DNA of 64,000 bases, taken from contig CAZOZN010000003.1 of assembly GCA_964584335.1 (NCBI GenBank), positions 54,929 through 118,928 of the forward strand. The letters run 5' to 3'. A model generated the notes under the pieces. The model ran no database searches. It was not told the origin of the DNA and saw only the letters and a list, made by a program, of their open reading frames with translations. A program made the translations under genes and the position numbers. The DNA is from an uncultured archaeon (lineage in GTDB: Archaea > Aenigmatarchaeota > Aenigmatarchaeia > PWEA01 > JAGHBM01). Below are positions 19,191 to 28,505 of this stretch, piece by piece (within the stretch, counting starts at the first letter, position 1; every line of letters begins with the position of its first letter).

Positions 19191-20141
19191 ATGTACAGAA
19201 GAAAAATACAGCTTATCGCAGGAACTACCTATTCAATTTCTTTGCCCAAGGAATGGGTTAAGAAAAACAATCTTAAAGAAAAGGATGAAATTGTTATTTA
19301 CGAGAAGAACAACAGAACCCTTTCTTTATCTTCTAAACAATCTAAAGGCAGAGAATTGAAAGAAATATCTTTAAATGTTGATGAATATAGTGCAAATATA
19401 GACCAGTTGCTATTTGCTGTTTATTATTTGGGTGCTGAAAAAATATCTATTTTTTCTAACACAGAGCTAACTAAAAGCACCAAAACAAGAATAAGGAAGA
19501 CACTTACACATATGAGTGGAACAGAGATAGAATACGAAGATAAAAAAGAGATTAGAATAAGGGTTTTACTTGATAAATCAAAAGTTAGCATAACTCAGAT
19601 TCTTTATAGAATAAGTCTTATAATAGATTCTTCTATTGCTAATATGCTGGACTATTTTGATATAGATGAGATAAAGATTAATGAGAACGAAATAGACCGT
19701 CTTTACCATCTAATATCCAAGGTAATATCAATATCTCTCATAGATTCCAATGTCCTTAACAGTTCAAATATAAAAAATGTTTCTCTAATACCTTTCTATT
19801 TTCTAATAAGCAAAAGGCTTGAGAGTATTGCCGATGTAATAAATCATCTTTCTGTTTATTTGCACTCAGAGAAAAAGAATTTTAAGAACAAAAGAAAAAT
19901 ATTGGACTTTATTAGGAAAGAGACAGTCAGGAGCATAGATCATTTAGTTAGAAAAAAATCAAAAATATTCGAGAATTCTAAAGAGTCGGATATAAATAAT
20001 ATAAGGAGAAAAATTTCAGAAATAAAAGACAAGACAGTAAGAAGCTATTTAAGTGACGCTATCAGGTACCTTTTAAATATAGAAGAAGAAGTCGTAAACG
20101 TATCATTTTATAACAAACTAATAAAGGAGAATAAATTATAA
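19191..20141 (+). CDS. phoU: AbrB-PhoU phosphate uptake regulator
   Basis: RRKIQLIAGTTYSISLPKEW AbrB N-terminus; ENEIDRLY and KRLESIAD PhoU motifs. Confidence 0.88.
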   Translation: MYRRKIQLIAGTTYSISLPKEWVKKNNLKEKDEIVIYEKNNRTLSLSSKQSKGRELKEISLNVDEYSANIDQLLFAVYYLGAEKISIFSNTELTKSTKTRIRKTLTHMSGTEIEYEDKKEIRIRVLLDKSKVSITQILYRISLIIDSSIANMLDYFDIDEIKINENEIDRLYHLISKVISISLIDSNVLNSSNIKNVSLIPFYFLISKRLESIADVINHLSVYLHSEKKNFKNKRKILDFIRKETVRSIDHLVRKKSKIFENSKESDINNIRRKISEIKDKTVRSYLSDAIRYLLNIEEEVVNVSFYNKLIKENKL

Positions 20142-20206
20142 TATATCTTTTTAAATAATTTAGATTACAAAGAGATATGAAAATGTGTTTTAGAGGTGAT
20201 TGATTA

Positions 20207-20419
20207 GTGTCATTGAGGAAAGTAAAACTTGGAGTTTTGTTGTGGAAAACCATTATTTATAGGATAATAGTAACTCTCACACAGATAGTTGTTACTTACC
20301 TGTTTACCGGAAACATTTCTCTTTCTGTGAGCTTGAGTATTGTTTGGAACATAATAAATACAATAGAATATTTTGTTCTGGATTATGCATTTTTAAGAAG
20401 GGTAAAAATTCAGGAATAG
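20207..20419 (+). CDS. DUF2061-like small membrane protein
   Basis: KTIIYRIIVT...YLFTGNISLS pattern; AGGTGA RBS. Confidence 0.6.
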   Translation: MSLRKVKLGVLLWKTIIYRIIVTLTQIVVTYLFTGNISLSVSLSIVWNIINTIEYFVLDYAFLRRVKIQE

Positions 20420-20420
20420 G

Positions 20421-21509
20421 TTAGTTATTTCCAAATAATAACTTTTTTGGAGTTTTGAAGGTGATGAAGTGGCTCCCTCCCTTGCCTTTTCTTTCCATTT
20501 TTATTAGATTCATTTCCTTGAACTTTTTAATATAATTTCTTATCATTCTGTCCTTCAGCTTTCCATCCTTTTTATATTCCCTGAAAAAATCTTGGTAATG
20601 TATTCCATCTTCCGGTATTTTTTTTATTATGTTTTTTTCCTCTTTTGAAAGTTCTGATGCCAGTTTAATGGATTTTGCGTGCCTTGATTTTTCTAGAGTT
20701 TCTATAACGTGTTCTTTATCGACCCTTTCTTCTCCTCTTTTTTTTGCAAGTTCCCCTGAACCCAAAAGAGTCTCTCTTGCTATCCTAACATCACCTTTTT
20801 TATCGGCTGTGAAGTTTGCAAGATATTCTATTGCTTCTTTTGAGAAAACATTTTTTTGGAAAGCTAATTCCACTCTTTGTTTTATTATTTCAATCATTTC
20901 TTCAGTGTTGTAAGGTTTAAAGGACATTTCTTCAAGAGGGTAAAATGAACTTTTTGTTCTCGGGTCCATGTCCTTGAATGCAAAAGGATTGTTTGAGATT
21001 GTTATAATTTCTATTGGTATTTCTGACCTTGTTAGGTCATAAATTATTTTATCTTCCTTTAATTGGTCCACCTCGTCAAGACAAACAACCAGATTTGTTT
21101 TTGTTTTTGATAATTCCTGTTTAAATGAATCCAGAAGTTCATCGTAGGATATCCCTCTTCTAGACGGCATTCTTCTTGTTGGTCTTTTTTTCTTAAAAAA
21201 ATCGAGGAAAATTGAATGAAGAACCCCCATTCTTGTGTTCTTGTTAAAGCAGTTTACATAAGATACCATGGCTTCTGCATCTTCTGTTAACTTATTGAAC
21301 ATGTATTTTATTGAAGCAGTTTTTCCCGTTCCGGGAGTACCGTGGATAAAGACATGGCACGTTTTGCCTTTTAGAAACTCGTTTATTATTTGGCTTATAA
21401 AGCCGATTTCATCCATCCTGTTTGGTAAATGGTCCGGCACATAATCAGGAGCTAAAACTTCTCTACCCTTAAAAATTGGATCTTGATAGTAATCGTACAT
21501 CTTCTTCAC
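20421..21509 (-). CDS. cdc6: Orc1/Cdc6 replication initiation AAA+ ATPase
   Basis: IFKGREVLAPDYVPDHLPNR, GTPGTGKT, YVNC, LDEVD, GDVRIA, C-terminal wHTH. Confidence 0.92.
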   Translation of the reverse strand: MKKMYDYYQDPIFKGREVLAPDYVPDHLPNRMDEIGFISQIINEFLKGKTCHVFIHGTPGTGKTASIKYMFNKLTEDAEAMVSYVNCFNKNTRMGVLHSIFLDFFKKKRPTRRMPSRRGISYDELLDSFKQELSKTKTNLVVCLDEVDQLKEDKIIYDLTRSEIPIEIITISNNPFAFKDMDPRTKSSFYPLEEMSFKPYNTEEMIEIIKQRVELAFQKNVFSKEAIEYLANFTADKKGDVRIARETLLGSGELAKKRGEERVDKEHVIETLEKSRHAKSIKLASELSKEEKNIIKKIPEDGIHYQDFFREYKKDGKLKDRMIRNYIKKFKEMNLIKMERKGKGGSHFITFKTPKKLLFGNN

Positions 21510-21584
21510 TTCTTGGCTTGTAATAATAATTGGGGGTAAAAATAAATAAATTAGAAGCGATTACTTTCGTAACCGGCTTCTCAA

Positions 21585-21779
21585 CTAACAACACAAAGTA
21601 GTTTTATTTTTGTTCCAACCATTTATCACCTCGCAGCTCTTTTTTTCTGGGGTCTTTTTAAGAGCTTTTTTAAAAATATGTCCGCTATAGCACTTGAAGA
21701 CTCTACTGAAGGCATTACTGTATTCTGGTTGCACGGATGCATATTCCCCGCATACTGGGCATTTTTTAAACACGCTCAT
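21585..21779 (-). CDS. CPxC...CxxxH zinc-finger microprotein, paralogue 1
   Basis: KCPVCGEYAS...FKCYSGHIF; paralogous to 21878-22090; leaderless TATA promoter. Confidence 0.75.
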   Translation of the reverse strand: MSVFKKCPVCGEYASVQPEYSNAFSRVFKCYSGHIFKKALKKTPEKKSCEVINGWNKNKTTLCC

Positions 21780-21780
21780 A

Positions 21781-21831
21781 TTTAACAGATTCTCAGGCTG
21801 CTTATAAAGGGTTTAGAGAGTAGATTGCAAA
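21781..21831 (-). repeat. 51-bp exact direct repeat, copy 1 (promoter of Zn-finger paralogue 1)
   Basis: Identical to 22092-22142; contains TTTATAAG TATA box about 25 nt upstream of the ATG on the minus strand. Confidence 0.92.
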
Positions 21832-21877
21832 GTAAGGGAAATGAAATTAGAAAAAACAGTTAAAAAATTAGAAAAAG

Positions 21878-22090
21878 TTAATTTAAGGGCCTGCGGCAGT
21901 CGTTTAAAATTTTTGTCCAGTCTGGCATGACGCTAAGAACTCCTTCAACAGGCTTTCTGGTTGATTCTTCTCTCATCTTTCTGAATAGATGCCCTTTCTC
22001 GCACCTGAAAGCTCTCTGGTACTCGTTGGATTTTCTTTTTTCCGCAGTTGCAAAATCACTACAAACCGGACATTTTTCTAGCACTCTCAT
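21878..22090 (-). CDS. CPxC...CxxxH zinc-finger microprotein, paralogue 2
   Basis: KCPVCSDFAT...FRCEKGHLF. Confidence 0.75.
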   Translation of the reverse strand: MRVLEKCPVCSDFATAEKRKSNEYQRAFRCEKGHLFRKMREESTRKPVEGVLSVMPDWTKILNDCRRPLN

Positions 22091-22091
22091 G

Positions 22092-22142
22092 TTTAACAGA
22101 TTCTCAGGCTGCTTATAAAGGGTTTAGAGAGTAGATTGCAAA
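22092..22142 (-). repeat. 51-bp exact direct repeat, copy 2 (promoter of Zn-finger paralogue 2)
   Basis: Identical to 21781-21831. Confidence 0.92.
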
Positions 22143-22146
22143 CTAA

Positions 22147-23007
22147 CTACCTGACAGGTTTTGTGGTAACCCCTTCCTCATAATAATATTCATGAAAATC
22201 TTTGAATTGACCATGTATGTGATATTTGAACTTGAATTTTTTCTTTAGGTTGGTTATGTCTTCTGAGCCGATGTCCTTGAATTTTGATATTCCCGGTGCA
22301 TGAGAGGCGAATATTATCTTTTCTGGGTGCTCTACACCTACCCCGGACTTTATCAGTTTTTTTATTACAGGAAAATTTTCGGATTCTTCCGGTCTGTCAG
22401 TGTGCAATCCCATCAAATAAAGCTCGTTATTCAACTTTATTAATTCGAGGTTTTTTGGAAGGTATATGTTGTCATTTCTGAATATTCTTTTGAAAAAGGG
22501 TATGTATTTGCTGTTTTCGTGCACGTTTTTATATGAAAATATGTAATCCTTGTTGCCTGAATAAAAAAGTATTTTTACTCCTTCGTTTTGGCATAATTTT
22601 GTAAATCTTATAAAGTTTATCACATACTGAATGAATTTCTCGTTTACCTCAATCAGTTCGCTTTCCAGGTAATCGGATAACATCCTTCCTACAATATCCT
22701 TGGACCTGCTTGCTAGGTCTATTTCATCCAGACCAGACTTCCTTTTTATTTTTTTCTTGTCGCAAAATATTCTTACAACAAAGTATGAACCTTCAAGTAT
22801 GTTTATAAGATATTTGAAGTTGCCTATACATGTCAAGGCGTTACCTAAAAAAACGACAAGCCTTATTTTTTGGTTTTTTACTTGGTTTATTAGGTTGTTT
22901 TTGATGCTTTCAGTAAATGTGTTTATGTCAGAAACAAAGAGTATCTCTTTCAGAGATATATCCTTTTCATCTATTTTAACTGCATCAGAGAGTTTTATAT
23001 CCTCCAA
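22147..23007 (-). CDS. Calcineurin-like metallophosphoesterase-fold protein with degenerate active site
   Basis: ILFVSDIN, VVFLGNAL, YSGNKD, FASHAP and HIHGQF correspond to the five MPP motifs, with His/Asp substitutions. Confidence 0.6.
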   Translation of the reverse strand: MEDIKLSDAVKIDEKDISLKEILFVSDINTFTESIKNNLINQVKNQKIRLVVFLGNALTCIGNFKYLINILEGSYFVVRIFCDKKKIKRKSGLDEIDLASRSKDIVGRMLSDYLESELIEVNEKFIQYVINFIRFTKLCQNEGVKILFYSGNKDYIFSYKNVHENSKYIPFFKRIFRNDNIYLPKNLELIKLNNELYLMGLHTDRPEESENFPVIKKLIKSGVGVEHPEKIIFASHAPGISKFKDIGSEDITNLKKKFKFKYHIHGQFKDFHEYYYEEGVTTKPVR

Positions 23008-23080
23008 TTGTTTTCACCTATATAGAATTGCACACCAAAATAAATAATATATTATTTAAAAATAAATTTTAATTGATTTT

Positions 23081-23767
23081 ATGTGCTATGAAAAAATTGT
23101 AGATAAAATAAAGTCAAATAAGAACACAAAGAACATAGAAGGAATGAAAAGATTTGCTATAACAGGAAAAGAAGTTTATGGCGTTCCAATGCCTGAACTA
23201 AGAAAAATTGCAAAAGAGGCAGGAAAAAATCACAAACTTGCATTGAAGTTGTGGGATTCTGGTATTTACGAGGGAAGGATACTTGCTTGCATGATTGAAG
23301 ACCCAAAAAAAATAACCAAAAAACAGGCCGACAAATGGGTTGGCGAATTTGATTCTTGGGCAATTTGTGACTGTTGTTGCGGTGACTTGATTGATAAAAC
23401 AGATTTTGCCTACAAAAAAGTTAAAGAATGGGCAAAGAGCGACAAGGAATTTGTAAGAAGGGCTGCCTTTGCCACAATCGCTTGGCTGGCTGTTCATGAC
23501 AAAAAGGCCGGAGATAAAAAATTAGAGCAATTTTTACCTCTTATTAAAAAATATTCCACCGACGAAAGAAATTTTGTTAAGAAAGCCGTAAACTGGTCTT
23601 TGAGGCAAATAGGCAAGAGAAACAAAAAATTAAACAAAAAGGCCATTAAATTAGCAGAGGAAATGGAAAGAAATGAAAACAAGACAGCAAGGTGGATTGC
23701 AAAAGATGCTCTTCGTGAGCTTAAGAGCGAAAAAATTAAGAAAAGGATTGAAAATAAGTCTAATTAG
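23081..23767 (+). CDS. alkD: AlkD-family DNA alkylation repair glycosylase
   Basis: GVPMPELRKIAK, FDSWAICD, DERNFVKKAVNWSLRQIGKRN. Confidence 0.9.
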   Translation: MCYEKIVDKIKSNKNTKNIEGMKRFAITGKEVYGVPMPELRKIAKEAGKNHKLALKLWDSGIYEGRILACMIEDPKKITKKQADKWVGEFDSWAICDCCCGDLIDKTDFAYKKVKEWAKSDKEFVRRAAFATIAWLAVHDKKAGDKKLEQFLPLIKKYSTDERNFVKKAVNWSLRQIGKRNKKLNKKAIKLAEEMERNENKTARWIAKDALRELKSEKIKKRIENKSN

Positions 23768-23799
23768 TTTTTTAAACTACACTTTACAATTTTAATTGT

Positions 23800-24336
23800 A
23801 TGGATTTAAAGGACAGAAAATTCTGGTCAATCTTGGTATTGATTTTAGTTCTACTTTTTTGTGTCTATGTTTTTATCAATTTGATTAATCTTGACAAATG
23901 CGCATATATAAGAGACCCAAAACTTAGGGACGAATGCTATAGGGACAGAGCAGTGGAAGAGGATGATGGAAACATATGCGATAAGATAGAAAATAATGAA
24001 ACAAGGGAAAATTGCCTTGATTGTGTTTCTGGGGTTGATGAAGAACTTGAAGAGCAACCCGGAATAATCACGGGTGGCGGTGCCGGAGATGGCGGGGGTT
24101 CTAGCGATTCAGAGGAACCCCAAGGCTGCGAAGCGTTATCTGGAGAAAGAAGAGATTGGTGTTACAGGGACAAGGCAGTTGAAGAAACTGACCCCTCCAT
24201 ATGCCTTGAAATATATGACAACTTTTACAAGGATAGCTGCTACAGGTTTATAGCACTAGACACAAAAAATTCATCTTATTGTAATTACATGGAAGATGAA
24301 GACAGAAGGCTTTGGTGCAAGGAAGCTCTAAAGTAA
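23800..24336 (+). CDS. Membrane-anchored surface protein with Cys-rich repeats
   Basis: N-terminal TM; repeated C-x2-I-x5-RDxCY..A units; Gly/Ser linker. Confidence 0.7.
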   Translation: MDLKDRKFWSILVLILVLLFCVYVFINLINLDKCAYIRDPKLRDECYRDRAVEEDDGNICDKIENNETRENCLDCVSGVDEELEEQPGIITGGGAGDGGGSSDSEEPQGCEALSGERRDWCYRDKAVEETDPSICLEIYDNFYKDSCYRFIALDTKNSSYCNYMEDEDRRLWCKEALK

Positions 24337-26475
24337 TTTTTTCTGCTCATTTTTATTTACGTTAACCTGCTCAAACACTTTTTTTGATATTTTTGGGCCC
24401 AAAAGGTCGCTTATTCTTTCTTTTGGTGCCTTTTTAATAGATGAAATTGATTTGAAGCCCGCGTTGTAAAGTATTCTTGCTCTAACTCTTCCTACTCCCT
24501 TTATTCTGACAAGATTTGTCAGCTCTTCCTTTATTCCGTATTTCAGTCTTTCTCTTATTTTTCTTATGTTTTTAATTTCTTTTCTCATTCTTAAGAGATT
24601 TCCAAGTTCCTGGCAGGAATAAAGAAGCCAGTCGGCTATGTTTATTTTTGTCTTCAAACCTCCGGGCGTAACACCGTAATTGTCAAACAAATAATCTTCT
24701 CCCTTTTCGTTTATCCATTCTTCAAATACAGTGGCAGTTTTAAAGCATCTAAGAAAGTCATCATATTTTATGTCCCAGTTGCTAGGTATCTCTATTTTTA
24801 TATTATCCTCTGTTTTTATCAACTTTTCTTCTATTTTTTCCATTTCACTTTTCCTAACCCTGAAAGGCATTATTTCGCTAGTTGATGATATCAGTAAGAG
24901 ATAGTCTAAAATACCAAGCTCGTTTTCCATCGCTTTTATTATTTTGTAAGCTGTTTCCGGGTCTAGGTAAAGCTCAGCGACTCTTTTGCCTATCCTTGTA
25001 ACTTCCAGACCTTTGCATATTTTTATAAAGCCCTGTTCTTCAAGCCTTTCCACTATGTTGTAAATGGTATTTTCTATCCTCGAGGTATCCCCGTACTGGT
25101 AAGCGAAGAATGTCTTTGAGAAAAAATCCATTAGCTGTTCTTCGTTTCTTACTGTCGTAAGTATTAGTGAAAGTACGTGAGTTCTTAATATGGGCTCGAC
25201 CGATAGTTTTGAGTATATGTTTTCGGGTTCCCCCATCACATATCTTTCCATAAGTTCTTCTGCCTGATTCTTGTTTTTTCCTATTAGAATTGCTTCTCCC
25301 TTGCTATCGTATTTCGGCCTTCCTGCTCTTCCTGCCATTTGCTGGTATTCGAGGACAGGTATGTAATTTAATCCGTAACCCGAATAATATCTTTTAGAGT
25401 CCCTTATCAATACTCTCCATGCCGGCAGGTTAACTCCTGCTGCTAGAGTGGGTGTTGCGGATATTATTTTTATTAGGTTTTCCCTGAAAGAGTCTTCCAC
25501 AAGAGTTCTTTGTTTGTTTTGTAGTCCTGCATGATGGAATGCGGTACCGTTCCTGATACAGTTTGCCAGTCTTTTGCACTGTTTTGTGGGATGAGATGGT
25601 ACAGATAATATTTTTTCAGACAATTCCTCTAGTTCTTCCTTTTGTTTTTTGTTAAGGAATTTTTTCACTACCCTTCCAACATCTTCTGCTGCTTTTTCCG
25701 CATTTCTTCTGCTAGAAAGAAAAATCAGTGCTTGTTTGTTTTTTGAAACGGTTTCATTTGAAATTATTATTTCTCCCTTGTATTTGGAATTTTTGCCTCC
25801 TATATTGTAATCCTTTTTACCAAGAAATTTTATACACTCTCCGTCATAAACACCCTCTTCCAGTTTCACGGGTCTGTAGTTTGATTTAACTATTTCTGAA
25901 TCTAGCCATTCTGCTATGTCTATGGCGTTATTTATTGTTGCAGAAAGACCTATTATCTGGGCTTTGGTATCTTCTTTAAGTTTTGTCAGAACTACTTCAA
26001 GCGTGGGCCCTCTTCCCGGGTCATTAAGCAGGTGTATCTCATCTGAAACTATTAAACCTATTTCTCTTGTCCATATGGGGTTGTGTCTCAGTATAGAATC
26101 CAGTTTTTCTACTGTAATTATTATAAGGTCTGCGTTTGCTAGCCATTCATCCGAGGAATCATAGTCTCCTACAGAAAGACCTATTTTTATTCCGAGTTTG
26201 TTGTATTTTTTGAAGTCTTTGTATTTTTCATAAGCAAGTGCCCTCAAAGGTACTATATATACGGCTTTCTGGTTTTTCTTCAATATTGTATTTAGCATGG
26301 CCATCTCGGCTATAAAAGTCTTCCCGGATGCGGTAGGTGACGCTACTACAAGATTTTTGTATTCCAACAACCCTTTCTCTACTGCCATTTTTTGTGGAGG
26401 ATTCAGTATTTTTATTCCTTCAAGAAGAAATTCGTCTTTTATTTTTTTTGGTATTTCCAGGTCTTTAACATGCAT
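24328..26475 (-). CDS. hel308: Hel308/Ski2-like SF2 DNA helicase
   Basis: SPTASGKT, DEIH, LSAT, FHHAGL, TPTLAAGVNLPA, QMAGRAGRP, GVGRVRAR. Confidence 0.95.
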   Translation of the reverse strand: MHVKDLEIPKKIKDEFLLEGIKILNPPQKMAVEKGLLEYKNLVVASPTASGKTFIAEMAMLNTILKKNQKAVYIVPLRALAYEKYKDFKKYNKLGIKIGLSVGDYDSSDEWLANADLIIITVEKLDSILRHNPIWTREIGLIVSDEIHLLNDPGRGPTLEVVLTKLKEDTKAQIIGLSATINNAIDIAEWLDSEIVKSNYRPVKLEEGVYDGECIKFLGKKDYNIGGKNSKYKGEIIISNETVSKNKQALIFLSSRRNAEKAAEDVGRVVKKFLNKKQKEELEELSEKILSVPSHPTKQCKRLANCIRNGTAFHHAGLQNKQRTLVEDSFRENLIKIISATPTLAAGVNLPAWRVLIRDSKRYYSGYGLNYIPVLEYQQMAGRAGRPKYDSKGEAILIGKNKNQAEELMERYVMGEPENIYSKLSVEPILRTHVLSLILTTVRNEEQLMDFFSKTFFAYQYGDTSRIENTIYNIVERLEEQGFIKICKGLEVTRIGKRVAELYLDPETAYKIIKAMENELGILDYLLLISSTSEIMPFRVRKSEMEKIEEKLIKTEDNIKIEIPSNWDIKYDDFLRCFKTATVFEEWINEKGEDYLFDNYGVTPGGLKTKINIADWLLYSCQELGNLLRMRKEIKNIRKIRERLKYGIKEELTNLVRIKGVGRVRARILYNAGFKSISSIKKAPKERISDLLGPKISKKVFEQVNVNKNEQKKLL

Positions 26476-26538
26476 TGTTAAGTATTATGTACAAAATTAT
26501 AAAAATCAATTTATAGTTTTTCTCATAATAATAATTCT

Positions 26539-27204
26539 ATGAAAGGAAAGTTTATAGTGATAGAGGGAATTGACGCTTCAGGTAAAAAAACACAGGCAAA
26601 TCTTCTTATAGAAAAATTAAAGGAAAAAAATTACGATACAAAATACGCTGACTTTCCTGTTTACGAAAGTAAATTCGGTTCTCTGGTGGGAAAATATCTC
26701 AGGGGGGAGTTTGGAGAGAGGAAGAAGATACCCGTCGAGATAAGATGCATGCTTTATGCTATGGATAGGTACCAGTTCAGAGATGAGTATAGGAGTTTCT
26801 TGGACAATGGGGGAATAATTGTTGCCAACAGGTATACTCAATCAAACATAGGTTTCCAGTCTGCTGATTTAGAAGGAAGAGATAAAGAGGATTTGATAAA
26901 TTGGATAGAAGATGTCGAGAGCAGGATGCCTCAGCCAGATTCTGTCGTTTTTTTGCATGTCCCTTTTGAGGAGGCGACAAAATTACATGAAAAAAAATCT
27001 GAAAGGTCTTATATAGGCAAGGAAAGAGATATTCACGAAAAGGACTTGGAATTTCAGAAAAGAGTATCCCAAACTTACGAAAAGATATGCAGGGAAAGAG
27101 AAAATTGGATACAGCTGGAATGTATGAATGACGGAGTTCTCAGAGACAAGTCAGACATAAGCGAAGAGATATATTCTGTTTTAGAAGATAAAATTAACTT
27201 CTAA
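26539..27204 (+). CDS. tmk: Thymidylate kinase
   Basis: FIVIEGIDASGKKTQ, LYAMDR, ANRYTQSN, DIHEKD. Confidence 0.92.
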   Translation: MKGKFIVIEGIDASGKKTQANLLIEKLKEKNYDTKYADFPVYESKFGSLVGKYLRGEFGERKKIPVEIRCMLYAMDRYQFRDEYRSFLDNGGIIVANRYTQSNIGFQSADLEGRDKEDLINWIEDVESRMPQPDSVVFLHVPFEEATKLHEKKSERSYIGKERDIHEKDLEFQKRVSQTYEKICRERENWIQLECMNDGVLRDKSDISEEIYSVLEDKINF

Positions 27205-27245
27205 TATAAATCTTTATATGTCCTAGTAATAGAGAGGGGTTTAGT

Positions 27246-28505
27246 TTGGTCGAGTATTTAAAAAACAAGGTTTCTATATCTTCTTTACCTGTTGACCCCG
27301 AAAATCCAGATTGGGGCATGACCGAAGAAACTGTTTATTCTACTAGAATTTCTCATGATAAGGAGGGCAGGTCTCCTAAGGATATTTGGAATGAAGAAAA
27401 GAACAGAATGAGTAAAAATGAAATGAGCAGGTCTCATAGGGATTTTCTGGATAAGCTGTCTGATTGGGGCCACGTTTCCGCCTTTTATCAGTCAAATGCT
27501 GGGCTACTTTATGAAATACCAAGGCATATGACAATGTTTTTATGTTCCTTTGACCATCCGAAATACCTGCAGCAGTCCCAGAGATATACAAAAGCTAATT
27601 ATTTTATAGAAGATAACGAGGATTTGAGAGAACTTATACCGAAGTCTTCAGATCTCTACAACAAAATGGTTGAAGGAGGCATAAAGAAAGAAGACGCGAG
27701 GTTTATATTGCCTTTGTCTACATCGGCCACTCACTTGCACCAAAGTTTGAATTTCACCGGTCTGGCGAACATTTACAGGGTATTGGAGTCAGATTATTCA
27801 AAAGTGCCTAGCATGACCAGGGAAGCAGTTGATGAAGCTCTTAGTAACCTTAACTCTAAAGAACCTGATTTGTTTAGAAAGGACCTTATAGATTCTTACA
27901 ACTTAAACAAGAAAGGTTATCCGGTTGCTAACATGTTTTCAGAGCCAAACAAGTGGATAAATGATGTTATCCCGAAAGATGATAGTGTTGTAAAATTTTC
28001 CAGGAAAATAGATGAAGAATTGGTTTTAGAGTCAAAAAATTTCAATGACCAAGCATTATCATTCATGAATATAACCAACAAAAAAGACGAAATAGAAGGC
28101 TATTCATGCCAGATGTCTCTTGCTTCCTGGCATCAGTTTATGAGAAATGATACAGTCAAGCAATCTACTGAAAGTATTTATGATGCTGCAGAAAGAGGTC
28201 ATATAGTACTTCCCGAAACAATTGAAGGGACTAAGTATGAAAATGAGTATCTTGACCTTTCTAATGAGATGCTTGATTTATACAAGAGCAAAAAAACAAA
28301 ACATGGCGAAGCTGATTCTTCCAGTACTCTACCACATGCCTTGAGTCTTGGCGTTGGTTTTGATTTTGATGCTTTCAACAGCCTCGTAGGATTTATGAAA
28401 GACAGGACCAGTAAAGCCGCTCAATGGGAAATAAGAAGAATCGCAAAAGATGTTAAAGGCCTGATAGAAGAAGAGAATCCAGTTTATTCTAATTACATTT
28501 ATTGA
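27246..28505 (+). CDS. thyX: Tandem-domain ThyX-like flavin-dependent thymidylate synthase
   Basis: GHVSAF, QQSQRY and EDARFILP in the N-half; HQFMR and RTSKAAQWEIR in the C-half; follows tmk. Confidence 0.78.
   Translation: MVEYLKNKVSISSLPVDPENPDWGMTEETVYSTRISHDKEGRSPKDIWNEEKNRMSKNEMSRSHRDFLDKLSDWGHVSAFYQSNAGLLYEIPRHMTMFLCSFDHPKYLQQSQRYTKANYFIEDNEDLRELIPKSSDLYNKMVEGGIKKEDARFILPLSTSATHLHQSLNFTGLANIYRVLESDYSKVPSMTREAVDEALSNLNSKEPDLFRKDLIDSYNLNKKGYPVANMFSEPNKWINDVIPKDDSVVKFSRKIDEELVLESKNFNDQALSFMNITNKKDEIEGYSCQMSLASWHQFMRNDTVKQSTESIYDAAERGHIVLPETIEGTKYENEYLDLSNEMLDLYKSKKTKHGEADSSSTLPHALSLGVGFDFDAFNSLVGFMKDRTSKAAQWEIRRIAKDVKGLIEEENPVYSNYIY

Noticed and set aside
21510-22146. Replication origin (ORB boxes) next to cdc6
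   Set aside because: No recognisable TTCCAGTGGAAAC/G-string ORB repeats; the 51-bp repeats are explained as promoters. An atypical origin cannot be excluded
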